Shown: positions 9,576 to 21,081, numbered from the stretch's first letter. The stretch: DNA of 64,000 nt from a virus (IMGVR_UViG_3300009173_000011:2494-66493); one strand, 5' to 3'. Notes: generated by a model from the sequence alone, not told the origin. Program-made: numbers and translations.

Positions 9576-11030
9576 ATGGCAGCAGGTGTACAAGCGGTAC
9601 CGGGTTTTGAATTAACCCCGTCCGCATCGAAAACTACTTTGCCTACTAATTATATAACCAATTTCAACTTCTTGAATCAGTACTTACCTGATACATATGA
9701 AAAGGAATTTGAAAGATATGGTAATAGAACGGTAGCATCGTTTTTAAGAATGGTGGGAGCAGAACTACCCACAAATTCAGATATGGTTAAATGGGCAGAA
9801 CAAGGCAGATTACATACCAAGTATGTAGGAGCAGAAACGGCAATAGCAGCAGGTCCAGCAGCAGGGCCAGTCGTGTGGCTTACTGGTCCAGGAGCAGGAG
9901 GAACAAATCCTATATGTAACTTCAGAATTGGTCAAACAGTTTTTCTTTCTGAAGATGGTGGAGCAAATTCCAATAAAGGTATTATTACTACTGTAGGTGT
10001 AGGAACAACTGATGAGTTTACCGTAGCTTACTACGAGGCAAATCAGACCATTCCGGCAGCAACTAGTTGTAGTGTCTTCGTTTATGGCTCTGAATTCAGA
10101 AAAGGAGATGGAGGGATGATAGACTCTCTAGATTCTGAAGATATCTTCTTGGATAACAAACCGATCATCATCAAAGAAAACTATACTGTAGCAGGTTCTG
10201 ATATGGCACAGATTGGATGGGTAGAAATTACCTCTGAAAATGGAGCCACAGGATACTTATGGTATTTGAAATCTGAACATGATACTCGTTTGAGATTCGA
10301 TGACTATCTTGAGATGTCAATGATTGAGGGTGTTCCGGCACAAACAGGTTCTGGAGCAGCAGCGTTCTTAGTGTCTTCAGCATATCCCGTTGGTTCTACA
10401 CTCCCACAGAGTGCAGGTACTCAAGGATTGTTTGATGCTATAAATGCTAGAGGTAACGTATTTGGAGGTGGTAACCCAACTTCATTAGCCGACTTCGATG
10501 CTATTATCCAAAGACTTGATAAGCAGGGAGCCATTCAGGAAAATGTGATCTTCTTAAACAGACAATTCGGATTCGATGTCGATGATATGTTAGCGGCCCA
10601 AAACTCCTACGGAGCTGGAGGCACTTCATATGGTCTTTTTGACAACGATGAAGATATGGCTTTAAACCTTGGTTTCCACGGATTTAAAAGAGGATATGAA
10701 TTTTATAAAACTGACTGGAAGTATCTTAACGATGCAACTTTAAGAGGTGATACCGATGGTGGTGGAATTAATGGGGTATTAGTCCCAGCAGGTTCTACTA
10801 GCGTTTATGATCAGATTCTTGGAAAGAATGCTAAAAGACCTTTCTTACACGTTAGGTATCGAGCATCTGAAACTGAGGATAGGAGATATAAATCTTGGAT
10901 TACAGGTTCTGCAGGAGGAGCGCAGACTAGCACCATTGATGAAATGAATGTTAGTTTCCTTTCTGAAAGATGTCTTTGTACTCTGGGAGCGAATAACTTC
11001 TTCTTATTCCAGAATGCAGGAGGAATTTAA
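9576..11030 (+). CDS. major capsid protein
   Basis: Position after scaffold, 484 aa, WAEQGRLH motif, followed by a terminator. Confidence 0.85.
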   Translation: MAAGVQAVPGFELTPSASKTTLPTNYITNFNFLNQYLPDTYEKEFERYGNRTVASFLRMVGAELPTNSDMVKWAEQGRLHTKYVGAETAIAAGPAAGPVVWLTGPGAGGTNPICNFRIGQTVFLSEDGGANSNKGIITTVGVGTTDEFTVAYYEANQTIPAATSCSVFVYGSEFRKGDGGMIDSLDSEDIFLDNKPIIIKENYTVAGSDMAQIGWVEITSENGATGYLWYLKSEHDTRLRFDDYLEMSMIEGVPAQTGSGAAAFLVSSAYPVGSTLPQSAGTQGLFDAINARGNVFGGGNPTSLADFDAIIQRLDKQGAIQENVIFLNRQFGFDVDDMLAAQNSYGAGGTSYGLFDNDEDMALNLGFHGFKRGYEFYKTDWKYLNDATLRGDTDGGGINGVLVPAGSTSVYDQILGKNAKRPFLHVRYRASETEDRRYKSWITGSAGGAQTSTIDEMNVSFLSERCLCTLGANNFFLFQNAGGI

Positions 11031-11048
11031 GTTTAGTGTGTGATAAGT

Positions 11049-11080
11049 AGATGGGAGGGGTTAAACCCTCCTATCTTTTA
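11049..11080 (+). terminator. intrinsic terminator after MCP
   Basis: AGATGGGAGGG-gttaaa-CCCTCCTATCT followed by T residues. Confidence 0.75.
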
Positions 11081-11103
11081 ATTTAATCAAATCAAATCTA
11101 ATT

Positions 11104-11862
11104 ATGTTACAGAATTCAACTACAACAAAATCTAAAGATAGGATCTATCGGTTAATAACCGATGCTACTCCTATATGTTATATGTTACCAACGAGGCATA
11201 CTCATAGACAAGCCTTATTGCATTATGACGGCACTACCAATCGTGCATTACGATTTGCTACAAATCAAAAATCCTTTTTTGAAGATGAACAAGATGGCAA
11301 TGCCATTTTAGAACCTATCATTTTTGAAGATGGCTCTTTGATAGTTCGCAAAGGCGATATTATCCGGCAAAAGTTTTTGACCATACATCCTCTTAATGGG
11401 GTAGTATTCGAGGAAGTTAATACGGAGCGTGATGCCCAGGCAGAACTGGAAGATATGAATATTGTTCTTGATGCCCAAGTAATGGCGAAAGAGATGTCTA
11501 TTGATGTGTTAGAGGCAATAGGTCGAGTGATGTTAGGTCTTCATGTCGATAAAATGTCTTCAGCTGAAATACGCAGAGATGTATTATTATATGCAGAACG
11601 AAATCCAGAGGACTTTATGGAGATTGCCAATGATCCTAAATTGAAGTTAGATAATACGGCAGCTTTATTATTCCAAAAAGGATGGCTCAGAACACGTAAT
11701 AAGAATCGTGATGTCTTTTTTAATATCGATGGCAATAAGCGTAGGATGTTTACCGTGCCGTTAAATGAGCATTGGGTAAAGGCAACAGTTGCGTATTTTA
11801 AAACCAATGAGGGCATTGAGGCATATGAATTGCTTTCAAAGTTATTAGAAGAAGATAAATAG
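11104..11862 (+). CDS. conserved phage protein (post-capsid gene)
   Basis: 252-aa ORF with (AAATC)n leader. Confidence 0.7.
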   Translation: MLQNSTTTKSKDRIYRLITDATPICYMLPTRHTHRQALLHYDGTTNRALRFATNQKSFFEDEQDGNAILEPIIFEDGSLIVRKGDIIRQKFLTIHPLNGVVFEEVNTERDAQAELEDMNIVLDAQVMAKEMSIDVLEAIGRVMLGLHVDKMSSAEIRRDVLLYAERNPEDFMEIANDPKLKLDNTAALLFQKGWLRTRNKNRDVFFNIDGNKRRMFTVPLNEHWVKATVAYFKTNEGIEAYELLSKLLEEDK

Positions 11863-11909
11863 TTGTATATTTATGCAAGTTTTAAAATTTATAAAAAAAA
11901 TATAAAAAA

Positions 11910-12404
11910 ATGGCAGATTTTTTATCAATAGGAATGAACACTACCTTAGAGAGTGGTGCAGCAACTTCTACAGTAGCCTCTGAACTTAATGACACGGCAG
12001 CAACATTTGTTACTAATGGTGTTAATGTTGGTGATATTGTATATAATACCACCGATGATACTTCGGCAACAATAACTGTGGTAGATAGCGAAACGGTACT
12101 TACCTTATCAGCTAATATCATGGCTAACACCGAAACATATGTGGTAGTATCAGCAACATTAGAAACGGAATATTTGATTTCTTCGAAACCAATTTTCGCA
12201 AATCAAGCCTCTACTACTTCATGTGTGATTAGCTATGCATCACCTGCTTTGAATACTTGTACTATCACCCATTCAGCAGGTGATTTACAACAAGCTATCC
12301 AAACTGCAATGAAATTAGCGGCCTCTCATAGTTCAGCACCTGATTCGGCAACTGATGTTGTCAAACCATCAGGAATGTCTTTGGCAATAATTGCTTTCTC
12401 CTAA
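11910..12404 (+). CDS. putative virion structural/decoration protein
   Basis: Thr/Ala/Ser-rich; ELNDTAATF...VGDIVYNTTD beta-barrel-like motif. Confidence 0.55.
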   Translation: MADFLSIGMNTTLESGAATSTVASELNDTAATFVTNGVNVGDIVYNTTDDTSATITVVDSETVLTLSANIMANTETYVVVSATLETEYLISSKPIFANQASTTSCVISYASPALNTCTITHSAGDLQQAIQTAMKLAASHSSAPDSATDVVKPSGMSLAIIAFS

Positions 12405-12454
12405 TCGAGATGTAAGATATAATAAGGGTGTTTTGTTAAGAACTCTCTTTAAGT

Positions 12455-12462
12455 TATCTTTG
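12455..12462 (+). promoter_or_regulatory. -7 promoter element, likely leaderless transcript
   Basis: TATCTTTG followed 4 nt later by ATG 12467. Confidence 0.6.
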
Positions 12463-12466
12463 TCAT

Positions 12467-12808
12467 ATGAACAAGTATATCTCCATATTTGTTACTGCCG
12501 CTACTAGCTATACTCAGTATATCATTGGTAGCAAAGTGAGTCTTGTCCAACAGGATAGTGTCACTAGCACAACGATCTATTTCACTAATGCCCATTCCTA
12601 TGTGGATTCTGCAAGTGCAGATGTTACCACAGGAAAAGTAGTCATTACCCACGCTGATGATAGTACTGCTAATTATCCTCTTAAAGATGCGATAATGACG
12701 GCAGTATTAATAGTCAATGCCGAGGGGTTTGATGATAGTAGCCAGATGGTGGATATGCCTACTATTGCGGGAGTGCCAATAACGGTGACGGCAATAGTAT
12801 TCTCGTAA
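12467..12808 (+). CDS. putative structural protein, paralog-like to C-half of 11910 ORF
   Basis: Shared pattern Q.S.TS..I.../ITH..../I.TA..../I.FS. Confidence 0.5.
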   Translation: MNKYISIFVTAATSYTQYIIGSKVSLVQQDSVTSTTIYFTNAHSYVDSASADVTTGKVVITHADDSTANYPLKDAIMTAVLIVNAEGFDDSSQMVDMPTIAGVPITVTAIVFS

Positions 12809-12810
12809 AT

Positions 12811-12842
12811 AGGGAGTTTTGTAAACGAGACTCTTTTTTTTT
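12811..12842 (+). terminator. intrinsic terminator
   Basis: GAGTTTTG-taaa-CGAGACTC plus T9. Confidence 0.65.
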
Positions 12843-12868
12843 ATTATCTTTGTGTAAACGATGCCTCT

Positions 12869-13585
12869 ATGATAAACGAAGTGAGAAACACGGTAATGGC
12901 TACCCTTAATAAAGATAACAATGGGTATATTACGCCAGAAGAATTCAATCTTTTCGCTCGTCAAGCTCAATTAGAAGTGTTTGAAGAATACTTTTATGAC
13001 TTCAATGCATGGACAAATAAACAAAACAAAAGGCTATCTAATAGTGGATATACTGATATCCCTAAACAACTAGAAGAAGTTATAGATACTTTTTCTCGTA
13101 CCTCGCCTGCTCTAGCAGGAGTAGCGAATTTATTTACCTTACCGACAGACTGGTATTACATAAATGTGGTTCTCTATCAAGGGATTACCCCAGTAGAGCG
13201 AGTACATCATAATAAAGAGCAGTATCTATTAGCCTCTAACCTAACGGCTCCCAATCTTTCCTATCCAGGTTATACTATGAATGGGGCCACTACAACTCAA
13301 CCAGGAAATAGCATTACGGTATATCCGGCAACGATTTTGAATCCCGACATTACGATAAAGTATGTAAGATATCCCCTCGATCCGAAGTGGACATTTAATG
13401 TGGTAGGAGGTTCACCCATCTTTAATATCGCTGCTGGGGATTATCAAGACTTTGAGATGCCGTACTCCGATCAGACTACATTAGTATATAAGATATTACA
13501 ACTCGCCGGGGTGAATATTAGAGAACCAGAAGTAGTACAGTTTGGAACTCAAGAAGAACTCATTGAAAATCAAGAAGAAAGCTAA
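12869..13585 (+). CDS. head-tail adaptor/ring protein
   Basis: LNKDNNGYITPEEFNLFARQAQ N-terminus typical of Bacteroidota podovirus ring proteins; TATCTTTG at 12845-12852. Confidence 0.6.
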   Translation: MINEVRNTVMATLNKDNNGYITPEEFNLFARQAQLEVFEEYFYDFNAWTNKQNKRLSNSGYTDIPKQLEEVIDTFSRTSPALAGVANLFTLPTDWYYINVVLYQGITPVERVHHNKEQYLLASNLTAPNLSYPGYTMNGATTTQPGNSITVYPATILNPDITIKYVRYPLDPKWTFNVVGGSPIFNIAAGDYQDFEMPYSDQTTLVYKILQLAGVNIREPEVVQFGTQEELIENQEES

Positions 13586-14508
13586 TGGCATATATATCAG
13601 CATATCAATATTATACGGCAGGGACAACACCTCCCAGTAGCACTAATTGGGGGTCTTACCAATATGTTGGGCTTACCGATATTGTCAACAATTTTATGTT
13701 AATGTATGTCGGTGATGACAAACTAATAAACAATTTAAATAGATACAATGTTCTCTTCCACGCCAAGCGTGGCATTCAAGAAGTAAATTATGATGCCCTA
13801 CGGAGCATCCGAGTATTAGAATTAGATGTCTGTGATGATCTGAAGTTTATTCTTCCTCCAGACTATGTTAATTATGTTAGAATATCCGTAGAAAAGAATG
13901 GGGTTTTATATCCATTACATGAGAACACGAAAATAAATTTCTCCACAGCATATCTTCAAGATAATAAATGTCAGGTGATGTTTGATCAGCACGGAAATGT
14001 ATTGGAACCAGAACAATCAGAATTAGATAAAGCTCGACAAGCAGGTTTGGGACAAACGCCATGTATGATTCCTGGAGCCATGTATGGGCAGTATGGATGG
14101 GAGGTGAATGGATTATGGTATTTTGGATATGGTTTTGGATCTGCGTATTTTGGTCTTCAAACTGAAGAGGCTAATATAAATCCATCTTTTAGGATAGATA
14201 AAGCCGGAGGGGTTATCAATTTTAGTTCCGGAGTTAAGAATCAATTGGTAGTATTAGAATTTATCTCCGATGGTATGTATAATGGAGATGATACACAGAT
14301 AACCATTAACAAGTTAGCCGAAGAATATTTATATAGTTATATAAAATGGGCAATACTCGACAACAAACTTGGCATTCCCGAATATACTGTGAGGAGAGCG
14401 CAGAAAGATAAGATGTCTAACCTGCGAAATGCAAAAATTAGATTAAGTAATCTTCATCCCGGTAGGCTTTTACAAAATTTACGGGGAAGAGCCAAATGGT
14501 TGAAGTAG
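13585..14508 (+). CDS. tail ring/structural protein
   Basis: LPPDYVNYVRIS motif; coupled to neighbours. Confidence 0.6.
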   Translation: MAYISAYQYYTAGTTPPSSTNWGSYQYVGLTDIVNNFMLMYVGDDKLINNLNRYNVLFHAKRGIQEVNYDALRSIRVLELDVCDDLKFILPPDYVNYVRISVEKNGVLYPLHENTKINFSTAYLQDNKCQVMFDQHGNVLEPEQSELDKARQAGLGQTPCMIPGAMYGQYGWEVNGLWYFGYGFGSAYFGLQTEEANINPSFRIDKAGGVINFSSGVKNQLVVLEFISDGMYNGDDTQITINKLAEEYLYSYIKWAILDNKLGIPEYTVRRAQKDKMSNLRNAKIRLSNLHPGRLLQNLRGRAKWLK

Positions 14509-17500
14509 ATGCCTAAAATTATACGGAACTTTATAGCGGGAATAATGAACAAGGATTTGGATGAACGCCTTATCCCTAAAAGTCAATATCGCCACGCTCT
14601 TAATGTAAGCATCGGAACCTCCCAATCGTCTGATGTGGGAGCCGTAGAAAATACCAAAGGAAATATAAATTTAAGTAGCTTGTTTAGTTCTGGTGATAAT
14701 GCTCTAGCAATTGGAGCAGTACCAGATGAGGCTAATAATAAGATCTATTGGTTCGTAGCCTCAGATAATTCCGATTATGTTCTAGAGTATAGTGCAATAA
14801 CTGGAAGTACAACTATTGTCCTACAATGTAACAAGCCTAGTCCTACCACCCCTAGTATTTTAGGATTCGATAAAGGCTATGTTATAACTGGAGTAAACAC
14901 CATTAGAGGATTAATGTACTGGACCGACAATTTAAATGAACCTCGTGGCATTAATATCGATACGTGTATTTCTAAGACCACCACGCTCGGAGCTGATTGG
15001 GGAGGTGCATTAAGGGAGAGTGATATTCTGGTAATAAAAAAGCCACCTTTACATTCTCCTACTATCGCCTTGAGTGATAACGGAACGGCACAGAACAACC
15101 TATCAGAGAAATTCCTTTATTTCTCCTATCGATTTAAGTATGCCGATAATGAATATAGTGCTATGGCTCCATTTTCGGCAGTCTGTTTCGCTCCTCTTAT
15201 TTATTTTTATGACTATGGAGTAGGCAATAACCCATCTATGGTTAACAAGTATAACCAAGTAAAATTAACTTTTGGCTGTGGTGATGATAGCGTAGAGGAA
15301 GTACAACTATTATTTAGGGACACACGAAATATAAATGTAAACGTAATAGAGTCTTTTAAACGAGAGAGCCTAGTTAGTAATCCTACATATAACTATAATG
15401 GAGGGGATAATACGGCTCAATTTGATTTCAATAACAACAAAGTATATACTTACTTGTCTCCAGATCAGTTAGGAAGATTATTTGATAATGTTCCATTAGC
15501 CGCCTTGGCCCAAGAACTAGTGGGTAGCCGATTGCTCTATGGCAATTACCTACAATTCCGAGACTTAACTTTATGTGATGGCAATAAGATAAACTTAAAT
15601 TATGTCGTGGACTTTACTCCTACGGCAGGGACTTTCCCTGATCCACAGCAAAGTTTTCGTAGCGATAGAGATTATGAGATTGGCATCGCCTATCTCGATG
15701 ATTATGGGCGTATGACTACCGTCCTTACCTCTGATGAGAATACGGCATATGTAAGTCCCGACTTTTCCGATTTTAGCAATGATTTGACCGTAACCTTTCC
15801 TGCCGGAAGTCAAGCCCCATGTTGGGCTACCTCATATAGATTCTTTGTAAAGCAAGATAAGGGTGATTATTACAATATATTCCCTATCACTTTCTTTGAA
15901 GACGGAATCTACAGATGGTTCTTATTGCCGTATCCAGAGAAAGATAAAGTTCCTGTCGATGGCTATGTTATTGCCAAGAGCAATTTAGCCGGACCAACGC
16001 ATAGCAATCAACAATATAATGTATTAGAACTCACGGTTAAAGGGAAAGATTTTATTAATAATGGCAACTATCAACCCCCTGGTCTATATATGAAGATAAA
16101 GCCAGATGCCCACCAATTTTTACTTGCCAACACTTTTCAATATACCTCATTAGGGCGTGGCTTTTCTGCTACGGCATACAAAGGAGGGTGTAGTGAAAAT
16201 TCGGTTGATTATTATGGGGCAGCAAGTGCGGGTAATCTTTATGCTAGTGACCCTATATATTATGGAGGACCACTAGGTTCGGCTCAAGGTACGTTAATTA
16301 CTTTACAAAATACATTTTGCGGTGGCAATTGCAATTATGGGGAACCTACCCGAGATCAACGATTCATTATAGAGATTGAGCCTAAAGTGATGGTGGCAAA
16401 TGTTCTACAACCCCATACATTTAAATATTCGGTATTTAGAGATGGGGGCTTAACTACGGTGGCATCTAATCAAACTATAACTCCTCAAGTGCCGTATGCT
16501 CTATTAAATGCTCCGAGTGGTTCTCATGTTGCTACGATAAAATGGGTAACGCCCACAGCCGATCCCGATGCAGGAATGACCACAGGAGACTCGTGGAGGA
16601 TAAATTGTTACGGCAATGGCATCATAGGGCCGTTTGGTGGCGATATGGCGTGGCATGGCTCTACTCAAGGCAAAGACGATACTGCCGGAGGCTTTGCTAT
16701 TATCCCAGGGAGTGGATGGGCAAGTACTACGGATAGGGCGATTGAGGCAGGAGCCATCATTAGCCTAAAAATTAATGAGTCCTATACTAGTAGTGGTAAC
16801 AATTCTGCCGCCCAAGCGACCCAAGATTTTATGTCTACGGCACGATATAAAAATATAGAAGAATGGTTTTATGAAGATAAGATATATCTCCAATATGTGC
16901 AGTACGATGATACCTCCAATATGGGAGCAAAAAATGTGATATTCCGACACGGACAGAACTGGCATTGGGTAACGCAAGGAGGACAGATGGCAAACCAAAT
17001 AGATTGGACATCTGCGACTGGACCATCACTACCAGCTTTTATGATCATAGGAGGATTTGGGCAGTCACCAGGAAATAATTGGACTAAGAAAGGGGCGTGT
17101 ACCCGTAATTTTATATCAGTAGATTTTACTATCCAACAATCGGATACTCCAACTATATTTGAGACGGTTCCCAAGGAAGTGGATAATGATATTTTCTATG
17201 AGATGGTAGACACTTATCCTATAGATGTAAATCACTATCATGGAGATACAAGTGGCGTATTCCAAACGGCAGTTGCTCCCTTAACGATATCTTTAAATGA
17301 TGCTAGTGATCCTAATGGTAATTTCAATTCCTTTTCTTTTGGAAATGGACTGGAAAGCAATAGGATAAAAGATGCATTTAATCAGACCACTCTACAATAT
17401 AGCCCTAGAGCCAATACTATTATTGAAGATTATAGGCAGGAAAGGGTAGAAGAGGGGCTTACCTATAGTGGTGTATATAGAGATTCTTCGGGCATAAATC

Positions 17501-20500
17501 AATTGAATGAGTTCAATCTTTCTAATAGCAACTACAAATATCTAGATATCTTTTTTGGTAGTGTACAAAAACTTCACGCCAGAGACACAGATGTAGTGGT
17601 ATTCCAAGAACATAAGGTATCTAAAATCCTTTATGGGAAAAATCTTATTAGTAATGCAGTAGGAGGGGGTAGCATCACTACCAATCCTGAAGTCTTGGGT
17701 ACACAGATAACGTATGCCGGAGAATATGGTATAAGTGAAAATCCCGAAAGCTTTGCTTATTGGGGCAATACGATGTTCTTTTCCGATGCCAAGCGAGGCG
17801 TTACCTTACGATTAGGACTAGAGGGCATCTTTGAGATTTCCTCGCAGGGTATGCGAGATTGGTTTAAAGACCTATATACCACCAATATAAATACCCTCAA
17901 ATTGGGATGTATGGATCCTTACCATGAGCGATATATATTATATTCATCCAATAGAGATGCCAAGCCCTGTATATTAGAGGTGAGCAGAACTTTTATTGGA
18001 GTTGACAACAATCAACATCTATCTTATTTAGCTTTTACTATCACATCAAATACTAGTTGGGATTTAGTTGCCACAGATGATGGCTTTGGAACGGGATGGA
18101 TCAATGGGTATCCGGCATCAGGGAATGATAACCATGATATTATAATAAATATTGATGCCAATGTGACCGGAGCTGACCGTAGTCTTACTTTTGAATTAAC
18201 AGGATGTGGGCAGGGAGACGAGGCTACCACTATCATTATAAATCTATTTCAAGCAGGACATAAAGAATTAACCTTATGGGCCATTGTTGTTAATAACCCC
18301 GGCGATGTAGGTCTAACCTCTAGTCAGGGATATACTTATACCAGTAATACTTCCCCACCGTGGTCATCTATTGACACTCCTTTTCTAGCATCGGGATTGT
18401 CTTTATATAGTAATTTCTATAACTACCCTGGGATATTCCCTCTACCCGTGCCGGGAGATACTATTACCATGACGGCTTATGCCGATACTGGAGGGGGAAC
18501 CAAAAAACCTTTTGTTCCTACTGCCAATAATAGGCTACGATATTTAGTTTCCAGTACTTCTTATACCCCTACTAACTCTAATGACCTTGCCGATATTTTA
18601 CTTCTTAGCACTCCTATTGCTGCTATTCTAAGCCCGCCTTTGGAGTATAATGGCACATTCACTTATCTGCGACCTGCTAATGAAGAGTATCTATATTTAG
18701 TGTGGGACTATAGAGATACCTTATTTTGTGATGAGGGAGCCTCATGGAGAAATACTACTGGAGAATTAGGAATCCATCATCTTCTGGTAAATTATGGCTT
18801 GGATATTGGGCCAGTTGGCATCTCGTATGATGCGAACACAAATCCTACACGATTTACCGTACATTGGAATAATATATTGTGTATAGATACTGGATATGTA
18901 GGCTTGAATACGGCTGCAAATGTGACTGATTTATTAGCAGCGGGAATCCCTCAAAGTGAAATAAATTTAGTCTTTCCATATGATGGTTTGGTTGATAATG
19001 GCACAGGGACTGCCACTTTCGTTAAAAGTCTCACTATCCCTGAAGAGGCATCCGTAACTATTTACAATCCTATTCCTAGCACAGGATGGACCGTAACGGC
19101 AATCTGTCCTGAACTGACTCCTTTTTGTATTAATACCCATAATGCTACTGCTCCATCTACTTCCGATCAAGTATGTGAATATACTTGTAACACCACCTAT
19201 TATCACGATGGAAGTGGAGCGTTGCCTACTATTGGGGATAGGGTCTATAGCGACACTAAAGGACTACACCCTTATAATGGAGCGAATGCCTATCATGCAA
19301 CGAGTGTTACCCCTGGACCATTACAAACATGGATAGTGGTAGATGTTAATGGAATGGTCATTGATGAGGGCGATTGCGTGTGTAATGAAATCGCTCCTCC
19401 CGTTATTAGTCAAGGGGATTTATCTTTTACTATTGGAGATATCGTGGGGCAAGTTATAACCGTGGCTACGGGAAATCCTTTTCTATTTACCTTACAAAGC
19501 AATTGCCGTATATATAATGTACAAGGAGGGGCTAATGGAGGAACAATTGAGGGGGTATCATGCACCACTAATGCTTATGCTACTTATCCTGTGATCGCAG
19601 CTAGTTCTGGCCCCATGTGTTTTGATTCTTCCCAACCTATAAATCTTACAGGAACGGTATCCTCCAGTAGTAGCGGTCAAGTGTGTGTAGATGAGGTGTT
19701 CCCTCCCGGAATCACATTTGATCCTGCCACCGGATACTTTTCGGGTTCTCCTACTCAAACAGGAACGTGGACGATAACCTTAACGGCAGAGAATTGTTTT
19801 GGGGTGAGTACGGCTCATGTATTTACCATTACAATTTACGATACTGGAGTCATACAACCTACTAACATGACCCCAGAGGGGGCGATTAATGGGGGCGATG
19901 CGTGTGACCTAACAGACATATTTAAGCTATTTTATTTTATCCATAATGGCTCCTCGATGATGGGGTATCCTCAAATTAATGATGTTATATATATCGATTC
20001 CCTTTGTACGCAGACCTTTAATGGGCAAAACTTATGGTATAAATTGGATAATGATACCGTTATTCAAGTAGACTTTAATGGGGTGGTAATAAATGTCCAT
20101 AATTGTGCCGAAAACACTACAACGACTACTAGCACTACCACTACAACGACTACTAGCACCTTTCCTCTAGGTTGTTATTGGGATGCCCGCCTATGTGGAA
20201 CCACCTATGAGGCAGTAGTATTTGACCCTGATCCTTGTAGTGGGGCTATAGCGCCAGGGGATATAATAAAAACCACCGATGGTAATTGTTGGGAACTTAT
20301 TGCACTACGCCTAACCGAGTACTATCCTTTCTATACCATGATTACCCCCATAGTAATATATGCCTCATGCGTATTATGTACGGGAACTACCTCAACTACA
20401 ACTACGACCACAACTACTACCACGAGTGCGCCTCTAGTAGATATCGATCTCTCAGATTTAGGATTTAGTGATCAATGGGAGGCGTGTGAATATGTAGGGA

Positions 20501-21081
20501 CATACACGGGATATTGGCATAATGGAGATACTCCACTTCCAGAAGTGGGAGATTTTATATATACTGGTCCTCTTCCATCGTCATTACTATTTAATGGACT
20601 AGGAAAATGGTATGATGTTCAAGGTGAAGATTATTCAATTGAAATAGGGGTAACGGGTCAAGTCCTTGAAGTGCATAACTGTAGCGACACTACCACTACC
20701 ACCACAACTACGACCACTACGACCACTACGACAACCAGTACTAGCACTACTACCACTACCGCTGCTCCAGTATTTGTACCTATACTGGCTACTTATGGCT
20801 TATCATCGGAGACTGCGTGTGAATCAACCTCTTATGATACTTACAATGAAACAGGTGACTGGGGTCTTCCTGGTAACTATCTATATGAATCGATAGCCCC
20901 AGACTTAATTTTAGCTACCGCAGGATGGTATAGAAAAGATGAGACATCACTAGCCTTTGCATGGGATGGGACACAATGGACTGGAGATATAAATGAATGT
21001 CCAGATATTGATTTAGATAAAACAACTGAAGCCGGACTTACCAAAACAATGGAAGATGGCTCCGATAAAACATTAGAATAA
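14509..21081 (+). CDS. tail muzzle/stabilisation protein N-part fused to BACON-like, Ig-like (He_PIG), Cys-rich repeat domains and poly-Thr linkers
   Basis: N-terminal F..G.MNKDLDERL...YR.ALN; GEYGISENPES/FSDAKRG propeller motifs; ITSNTSW...ANVTGADRS (BACON-like); PPGITFDPATGYFSGSPTQTG (He_PIG). Confidence 0.7.
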   Translation: MPKIIRNFIAGIMNKDLDERLIPKSQYRHALNVSIGTSQSSDVGAVENTKGNINLSSLFSSGDNALAIGAVPDEANNKIYWFVASDNSDYVLEYSAITGSTTIVLQCNKPSPTTPSILGFDKGYVITGVNTIRGLMYWTDNLNEPRGINIDTCISKTTTLGADWGGALRESDILVIKKPPLHSPTIALSDNGTAQNNLSEKFLYFSYRFKYADNEYSAMAPFSAVCFAPLIYFYDYGVGNNPSMVNKYNQVKLTFGCGDDSVEEVQLLFRDTRNINVNVIESFKRESLVSNPTYNYNGGDNTAQFDFNNNKVYTYLSPDQLGRLFDNVPLAALAQELVGSRLLYGNYLQFRDLTLCDGNKINLNYVVDFTPTAGTFPDPQQSFRSDRDYEIGIAYLDDYGRMTTVLTSDENTAYVSPDFSDFSNDLTVTFPAGSQAPCWATSYRFFVKQDKGDYYNIFPITFFEDGIYRWFLLPYPEKDKVPVDGYVIAKSNLAGPTHSNQQYNVLELTVKGKDFINNGNYQPPGLYMKIKPDAHQFLLANTFQYTSLGRGFSATAYKGGCSENSVDYYGAASAGNLYASDPIYYGGPLGSAQGTLITLQNTFCGGNCNYGEPTRDQRFIIEIEPKVMVANVLQPHTFKYSVFRDGGLTTVASNQTITPQVPYALLNAPSGSHVATIKWVTPTADPDAGMTTGDSWRINCYGNGIIGPFGGDMAWHGSTQGKDDTAGGFAIIPGSGWASTTDRAIEAGAIISLKINESYTSSGNNSAAQATQDFMSTARYKNIEEWFYEDKIYLQYVQYDDTSNMGAKNVIFRHGQNWHWVTQGGQMANQIDWTSATGPSLPAFMIIGGFGQSPGNNWTKKGACTRNFISVDFTIQQSDTPTIFETVPKEVDNDIFYEMVDTYPIDVNHYHGDTSGVFQTAVAPLTISLNDASDPNGNFNSFSFGNGLESNRIKDAFNQTTLQYSPRANTIIEDYRQERVEEGLTYSGVYRDSSGINQLNEFNLSNSNYKYLDIFFGSVQKLHARDTDVVVFQEHKVSKILYGKNLISNAVGGGSITTNPEVLGTQITYAGEYGISENPESFAYWGNTMFFSDAKRGVTLRLGLEGIFEISSQGMRDWFKDLYTTNINTLKLGCMDPYHERYILYSSNRDAKPCILEVSRTFIGVDNNQHLSYLAFTITSNTSWDLVATDDGFGTGWINGYPASGNDNHDIIINIDANVTGADRSLTFELTGCGQGDEATTIIINLFQAGHKELTLWAIVVNNPGDVGLTSSQGYTYTSNTSPPWSSIDTPFLASGLSLYSNFYNYPGIFPLPVPGDTITMTAYADTGGGTKKPFVPTANNRLRYLVSSTSYTPTNSNDLADILLLSTPIAAILSPPLEYNGTFTYLRPANEEYLYLVWDYRDTLFCDEGASWRNTTGELGIHHLLVNYGLDIGPVGISYDANTNPTRFTVHWNNILCIDTGYVGLNTAANVTDLLAAGIPQSEINLVFPYDGLVDNGTGTATFVKSLTIPEEASVTIYNPIPSTGWTVTAICPELTPFCINTHNATAPSTSDQVCEYTCNTTYYHDGSGALPTIGDRVYSDTKGLHPYNGANAYHATSVTPGPLQTWIVVDVNGMVIDEGDCVCNEIAPPVISQGDLSFTIGDIVGQVITVATGNPFLFTLQSNCRIYNVQGGANGGTIEGVSCTTNAYATYPVIAASSGPMCFDSSQPINLTGTVSSSSSGQVCVDEVFPPGITFDPATGYFSGSPTQTGTWTITLTAENCFGVSTAHVFTITIYDTGVIQPTNMTPEGAINGGDACDLTDIFKLFYFIHNGSSMMGYPQINDVIYIDSLCTQTFNGQNLWYKLDNDTVIQVDFNGVVINVHNCAENTTTTTSTTTTTTTSTFPLGCYWDARLCGTTYEAVVFDPDPCSGAIAPGDIIKTTDGNCWELIALRLTEYYPFYTMITPIVIYASCVLCTGTTSTTTTTTTTTTSAPLVDIDLSDLGFSDQWEACEYVGTYTGYWHNGDTPLPEVGDFIYTGPLPSSLLFNGLGKWYDVQGEDYSIEIGVTGQVLEVHNCSDTTTTTTTTTTTTTTTTSTSTTTTTAAPVFVPILATYGLSSETACESTSYDTYNETGDWGLPGNYLYESIAPDLILATAGWYRKDETSLAFAWDGTQWTGDINECPDIDLDKTTEAGLTKTMEDGSDKTLE
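20116..20760 (+). repeat. three poly-Thr/Ser (ACN)n tracts: 20116-20160, 20386-20427, 20689-20760
   Basis: Directly visible; synonymous codons vary, so maintained at protein level. Confidence 0.95.

Noticed and set aside
20116-20760. Diversity-generating retroelement or slippage microsatellite
   Set aside because: No reverse transcriptase or TR/VR pair seen; Thr codons are mixed rather than a pure DNA repeat.
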